Positions 57,501 to 64,000 of a stretch of DNA of 64,000 nucleotides are shown in pieces; the first letter of the stretch is position 1; each line of letters opens with the position of its first letter. Below the pieces are notes generated by a model. The model was not told where the DNA came from. It saw only the letters and a program-made list of their open reading frames with translations, and ran no database searches. A program made the position numbers and the translations under genes. Origin of the DNA: the human T2T-CHM13v2.0 reference genome, Homo sapiens; NCBI RefSeq assembly GCF_009914755.1, contig NC_060939.1; one strand, 5' to 3'.

Positions 57501-59707
57501 AGTCCATTCCTTTCGCGTCCATTCCATTCCATTTCACTCCATTCGATTCCATTCCACTCGATTCCACTTCGTTCCATTTCATTGCATTCCATTCTATTCA
57601 ACTCTATTGCCTTCCATTCCATTCCATTCGATTACATTCCATGCGATTCCATTCGAAATCGAATCAATTACATTGCAATCCATTACTATTGAGTCCGTTT
57701 TATTCCAGTCCACTGCATTCTGGTCCATTCCATTTGATTCCATTCCATTCTATTCCATTCCATACAGTTGCATTCCATTGGATTCCATGCTATATCTATA
57801 AATTCAATTCGAGACCATTGCTTTTGAGTCCATTCTATATGATTCCATTCCATTCAAGTCCATTACATTTGGTTCAATTCCATTCCATTCCATTCCCTTC
57901 CATTCCATTCCATTTGATATCAATCCATTCGATTCCATTCCATTCGAGCACATTCCATTCGAGTCCATTCCATTCGATGCCATTCCATTTGATTCTATTC
58001 CATTAGTCTCCATTGTATTCCATTAATCTCCATTCCATTCCATTCTACTCCAACTGATTCCACTTCATTCTATTCCTTTCCATTCCATTTCATTCCATTC
58101 CATTCCATTCGTGTCCATTCCACTCCAGTCCATTCCATTCGTGTCCATTCCATTCCAGTCCATTACATTTGTGTCCACTGCATTCCATTCCACTCCATTC
58201 CATATTATTCCATTACACTCCATTCCATTCTATTACTTTCATTTCCATTCAATTCCATTCCATTTGATTCCATTCCACTCGGTTTCATTCCATTTGAGTC
58301 CACTCCATTCCATTCCATTCCATTCCATTCAGTTCCATTCCATTCTGTTCCATTCCATTCCGTTCCATTACATTCCATTCCATTCGGTACCATTCCATAT
58401 TGTTCCATTCGATTCCATTCGAATCCATTCCATTCCAGTCCATTCCATTCGATTCCATTCCATTCATTTCAATTCCATTCCATTCCATTCCATTCCATTC
58501 CATTCCACTTGATTCCTCTCCATTCCCTTCCACTGCATTCCGTTCGATTCCATTCCATTGCATTGCATTCCATTCCATTGGATTGCATTCCATTCGATTC
58601 CATTCCATTCGAATCAATTACATAGCAATCCATTACATTCGAGTCTATTCTCTTCCGTTCCATTCGATTTCGTTCCAATCCATTCGATTCCATTCCATTC
58701 GATTCCATTCCATACTATTGCATTCCATTCTATTACATTATATTCGAATAAGTTCCATTCAAGACCATTTCTTTTGAGTCCATTCTATTTGAGTCCATTC
58801 CCTTTGATTCCATCACATTTGAGTCCATTCAATTCCATTCCTTTCGTTTCCATTCCATTTGATGCCATTCCATTCAATTCTGTTCTACTCGACTCCAATA
58901 CATTCAATTCCATTCCATCCGATTCCATTACATTCTTTTCATTTCTTATCCATTTCAAGCCATTCCACTCCATTCCATTCCACTCGTTTCCTTTCCATTC
59001 GAGTCCATTCCTCTCCAGTCCATTCCGTTCAATCCATTCCATTCCAGTCCATTCCATTCGAGTCCGTTCCATTCCAATCCATTCCATTCGAGTCAATTCC
59101 ATCCCATTCGATGTCTTTCCATAACGATCCATTCCATTCTATTCCTTTCGATTCCATTCCATTCTATTTCATTCCATTCGATTCCCTTCCATTGGACTCC
59201 TTTCCATTCGAGTGCATTCCATTCCGTTCCATTTCTTTCCGTTCTGTACGATTCCTACCGTTCGATTTCATTTTGTTCCAGTCCATTCCTTTCGCGTCCA
59301 TTCCATTCCATTTCACTCCATTCGATTCCATTCCATTCGATTCCATTCTACTCGATTCCACTTCGTTCCATTTCATTGCATTCCATTCTATTCAACTCTA
59401 TTGCCTTCCATTCCATTCCATTCGATTACATTCCATGCGATTCCATTCGAAATCGAATCAATTACATTGAAATTCATTACTATTTAGTCCGTTTTATTCC
59501 AGTCCACTGCATTCTGGTCCATTCCATTTGATTCCATTCCATTCTATTCCATTCCATACAGTTGCATTCCATTGGATTCCATGCTATATCTATAAATTCA
59601 ATTCGAGACCATTGCTTTTGAGTCCATTCTATATGATTCCATTCCATTCAAGTCCATTACATTTGGTTCAATTCCATTCCATTCCATTCCCTTCCATTCC
59701 ATTCCAG

Positions 59708-62700
59708 TTGATATCAATCCATTCGATTCCATTCCATTCGAGCACATTCCATTCGAGTCCATTCCATTCGATGCCATTCCATTTGATTCTATTCCATTAG
59801 TCTCCATTCAATTCCATTAATCTCCATTCCATTCCATTCTACTCCAACTGATTCCATTCCATTCTATTCCTTTCCATTCCATTTCATTCCATTCCATTCC
59901 ATTTCATTCCATTCCATTCCATTCGTGTCCATTCCACTCCAGTCCATTCCATTCGTGTCCATTCCATTCCAGTCCATTCCATTTGTGTCCACTGCATTCC
60001 ATTCCACTCCATTCCATATTATTCCATTACACTCCATTCCATTCTTTTACTTTCATTTCCATTCAATTCCATTCCATTTGATTCCATTCCACTCGGTTTC
60101 ATTCCATTTGAGTCCACTCCATTCCATTCCATTCCATTCCATTCAGTTCCATTCCATTCTGTTCCATTCCATTCCGTTCCATTACATTCCATTCCATTCG
60201 GTACCATTCCATATTGTTCCATTCGATTCCATTCGAATCCATTCCATTCCAGTCCATTCCATTCGATTCCATTCCATTCATTTCAATTCCATTCCATTCC
60301 ATTCCATTCCATTCCACTTGATTCCTCTCCATTCCCTTCCACTGCATTCCGTTCGATTCCATTCCATTGCATTGCATTCCATTCCATTGGATTGCATTCC
60401 ATTCGATTCCATTCCATTCGAATCAATTACATAGCAATCCATTACATTCGAGTCTATTCTCTTCCGTTCCATTCGATTTCGTTCCAATCCATTCGATTCC
60501 ATTCCATTCGATTCCATTCCATACTATTGCATTCCATTCGATTACATTATATTCGAATAAGTTCCATTCAAGACCATTTCTTTTGAGTCCATTCTATTTG
60601 AGTCCATTCCCTTTGATTCCATAACATTTGAGTCCATTCAATTCCATTCCTTTCGTTTCCATTCCATTTGATGCCATTCCATTCAATTCTGTTCTACTCG
60701 ACTCCAATACATTCAATTCCATTCCATCCGATTCCATTACATTCTTTTCATTTCTTATCCATTTCAAGCCATTCCACTCCATTCCATTCCACTCGTTTCC
60801 TTTCCATTCGAGTCCATTCCTCTCCAGTCCATTCCGTTCAATCCATTCCATTCCAGTCCATTCCATTCGAGTCCGTTCCATTCCAGTCCATTCCATTCGA
60901 GTCAATTCCATTCCATTCGATGTCTTTCCATAACGATCCATTCCATTCTATTCCTTTCGATTCCATTCCATTCTATTTCATTCCATTCGATTCCCTTCCA
61001 TTGGACTCCTTTCCATTCGAGTGCATTCCATTCCGTTCCATTTCTTTCCGTTCTGTACGATTCCTACCGTTCGATTTCATTTTGTTCCAGTCCATTCCTT
61101 TCGCGTCCATTCCATTCCATTTCACTCCATTCGATTCCATTCCACTCGATTCCACTTCGTTCCATTTCATTGCATTCCATTCTATTCAACTCTATTGCCT
61201 TCCATTCCATTCCATTCGATTACATTCCATGCGATTCCATTCGAAATCGAATCAATTACATTGCAATCCATTACTATTGAGTCCGTTTTATTCCAGTCCA
61301 CTGCATTCTGGTCCATTCCATTTGATTCCATTCCATTCTATTCCATTCCATACAGTTGCATTCCATTGGATTCCATGCTATATCTATAAATTCAATTCGA
61401 GACCATTGCTTTTGAGTCCATTCTATATGATTCCATTCCATTCAAGTCCATTACATTTGGTTCAATTCCATTCCATTCCATTCCCTTCCATTCCATTCCA
61501 TTTGATATCAATCCATTCAATTCCATTCCATTCGAGCACATTCCATTCGAGTCCATTCCATTCGATGCCATTCCATTTGATTCTATTCCATTAGTCTCCA
61601 TTCAATTCCATTAATCTCCATTCCATTCCATTCTACTCCAACTGATTCCATTCCATTCTATTCCTTTCCATTCCATTTCATTCCATTCCATTCCATTCGT
61701 GTCCATTCCACTCCAGTCCATTCCATTCGTGTCCATTCCATTCCAGTCCATTCCATTTGTGTCCACTGCATTCCATTCCACTCCATTCCATATTATTCCA
61801 TTACACTCCATTCCATTCTATTACTTTCATTTCCATTCAGTTCCATTCCATTAGATTCCATTCCACTTGATTCCATTCCACTCGGTTTCATTCCATTTGA
61901 GTCCACTCCATTCCATTCCATTCCATTCCATTCAGTTCCATTCCATTCTGTTCCATTCCATTCCATTCCATTCGGTACCATTCCATAGTGTTCCATTCGA
62001 TTCCATTCGAATCCATTCCATTCCAGTCCTTTCCATTCGATTCCATTCCATTCATTTCAATTCCATTCCATTCCATTCCATTCCATTCCACTTGATTCCT
62101 CTCCATACCCTTCCACTGCATTCCATTCGATTCCATTCCATTGCATTGCATTCCATTCCATTGGATTGCATTCCATTCGATTCCATTCCATTCGAATCAA
62201 TTACATAGCAATCCATTACATTCGAGTCTATTCTCTTCCGTTCCATTCGATTTCGTTCCAATCCATTCGATTCCATTCCATTCGATTCCATTCCATACTA
62301 TTGCATTCCTTTCGATTAAATTATATTCGAATAAGTTCCATTCAAGACCATTTCTTTTGAGTCCATTCTATTTGAGTCCATTCCCTTTGATTCCATAACA
62401 TTTGTGTCCATTCAATTCCATTCCTTTCGTTTCCATTCCATTTGATGCCATTCCATTCAATTCTGTTCTACTCGACTCCAATACATTCAATTCCATTCCA
62501 TCCGATTCCATTACATTCTTTTCATTTCTTATCCATTTCAAGCCATTCCACTCCATTCCATTCCACTCGTTTCCTTTCCATTCGAGTCCATTCCTCTCCA
62601 GTCCATTCCGTTCAATCCATTCCATTCCAGTCCATTCCATTCGAGTCCGTTCCATTCCATTCGATGTCTTTCCATAACGATCCATTCCATTCTATTCCTT

Positions 62701-64000
62701 TCGATTCCATTCCATTCTATTTCATTCCATTCGATTCCCTTCCATTGGACTCCTTTCCATTCGAGTGCATTCCATTCCGTTCCATTTCTTTCCATTCTGT
62801 ACGATTCCTACCGTTCGATTTCATTTTGTTCCAGTCCATTCCTTTCGCGTCCATTCCATTCCATTTCACTCCATTCGATTCCATTCCACTCGATTCCACT
62901 TTGTTCCATTTCATTGCATTCCATTCTATTCAACTCTATTACCCTCCATTCCATTCCATTCGATTACATTCCATGCGATTCCATTCGAAATCGAATCAAT
63001 TACATTGCAATCCATTACTATTGAGTCCGTTTTATTCCAGTCCACTGCATTCTGGTCCATTCCATTTGATTCCATTCCATTCTATTCCATTCCATACAGT
63101 TGCATTCCATTGGATTCCATTCTATATCTATAAATTCAATTCGAGACCATTGCTTTTGAGTCCATTCTATATGATTCCATTCCATTCAAGTCCATTACAT
63201 TTGGTTCAATTCCATTCCATTCCATTCCATTCCCTTCCATTCCATTCCAGTTTATATCAATCCATTCGATTCCATTCCATTCGAGCACATTCCATTCGAG
63301 TCCATTCCATTCGATGCCATTCCATTTGATTCTATTCCATTAGTCTCCATTCTATTCCATTAATCTCCATTCCATTCCATTCTACTCCAACTGATTCCAT
63401 TTCATTCTATTCCTTTCCATTCCATTTCATTCCATTCCATTCCATTCGTGTCCATTCCACTCCAGTCCATTCCATTCGTGTCCATTCCATTCCAGTCCAT
63501 TACATTTGTGTCCACTGCATTCCATTCCACTCCATTCCATATTATTCCATTACACTCCATTCCATTCTATTACTTTCATTTCCATTCAATTCCATTCCAT
63601 TTGATTCCATTCCACTCGGTTTCATTCCATTTGAGTCCACTCCATTCCATTCCATTCCATTCCATTCAGTTCCATTCCATTCTGTTCCATTCCATTCCGT
63701 TCCATTACATTCCATTCCATTCGGTACCATTCCATATTGTTCCATTCGATTCCATTCGAATCCATTCCATTCCAGTCCATTCCATTCGATTCCATTCCAT
63801 TCATTTCAATTCCATTCCATTCCATTCCATTCCATTCCACTTGATTCCTCTCCATTCCCTTCCACTGCATTCCGTTCGATTCCATTCCATTGCATTGCAT
63901 TCCAATCCATTGGATTGCATTCCATTCGATTCCATTCCATTCGAATCAATTACATAGCAATCCATTACATTCGAGTCTATTCTATTCCGTTCCATTCGAT
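59708..64000 (+). repeat. Second copy of the >=4.3 kb block (runs off the window end)
   Basis: Landmarks 59925/61699/63448 equal 47462/49236/50985 + 12463, with the same private SNPs and indels. Confidence 0.9.

Larger units (their letters stand above)
1..64000 (+). repeat. Satellite III (HSat3) tandem array of diverged (CATTC)n pentamers, C-rich strand on +, no inversion or insertion
   Basis: CATTC/ATTCC pentamers with variants CATTCGA, CAGTC, GAGTC and CATTTGA run continuously from base 1 to 64000. No CATCAT/GATGAT-type motifs typical of HSat2 were seen. The + strand is pyrimidine-rich and G-poor throughout. Confidence 0.98.
1..64000 (+). repeat. ~1.8 kb higher-order repeat, about 36 head-to-tail units (modal 1794 bp); probably the D15Z1 / HSat3A5-type array
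   Basis: The landmark GTGTCCATTCCACTCCAG starts at 903, 2697, 4491, 6285, 8079, 9888, 11642, 13416, 15230, 17039, 18848, 20602, 22411, 24165, 25979, 27773, 29567, 31361, 33155, 34954, 36748, 38512, 40286, 42080, 43874, 45668, 47462, 49236, 50985, 52779, 54573, 56337, 58111, 59925, 61699 and 63448 (spacing 1749-1814). One KpnI site per 1.8 kb unit matches the classical definition of D15Z1. The periodicity is seen directly; the family and chromosome name is inferred. Confidence 0.85.

Noticed and set aside
1-64000. CRISPR-like or repeat-spacer array / prokaryotic defence system
   Set aside because: There are no unique spacers or cas-like genes; all sequence between landmarks is itself repeated in every unit.
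1-64000. HSat2 (e.g. the ~1.77 kb chromosome 1 repeat) or alpha satellite
   Set aside because: It lacks the HSat2 CATCAT/GATGAT motifs, and there is no 171-bp monomer or CENP-B box.
1-64000. Embedded transposon, inversion or unique-sequence island
   Set aside because: All 35 landmark intervals fall within 1749-1814 bp and the C-rich strand never switches, which leaves no room for an insertion or inversion.

Overview
The whole 64 kb window is one uninterrupted, single-orientation human-type Satellite III (HSat3) array. It is built from diverged (CATTC)n/(GGAAT)n pentamers organised into a ~1.8 kb higher-order unit (modal length 1794 bp, about 36 copies). Each unit has one KpnI site (one unit has two), which best fits the 1.8-kb KpnI satellite D15Z1/HSat3A5 of chromosome 15p; that assignment is from recall and was not searched. 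I see no genes, RNA genes, transposons or CRISPR arrays, and all listed ORFs are translation artefacts of the pentamer. I found no new protein-coding system. The interesting signal is structural: every unit-length change is a multiple of 5 bp; three fixed phase breaks occur per unit; an old internal duplication lies inside the unit; variant units recur in a fixed order (A-B-C-D); there are recent 3563-bp and 12,463-bp duplications, mosaic units, a unit with a double KpnI site, and substitutions that revert towards the pure pentamer.
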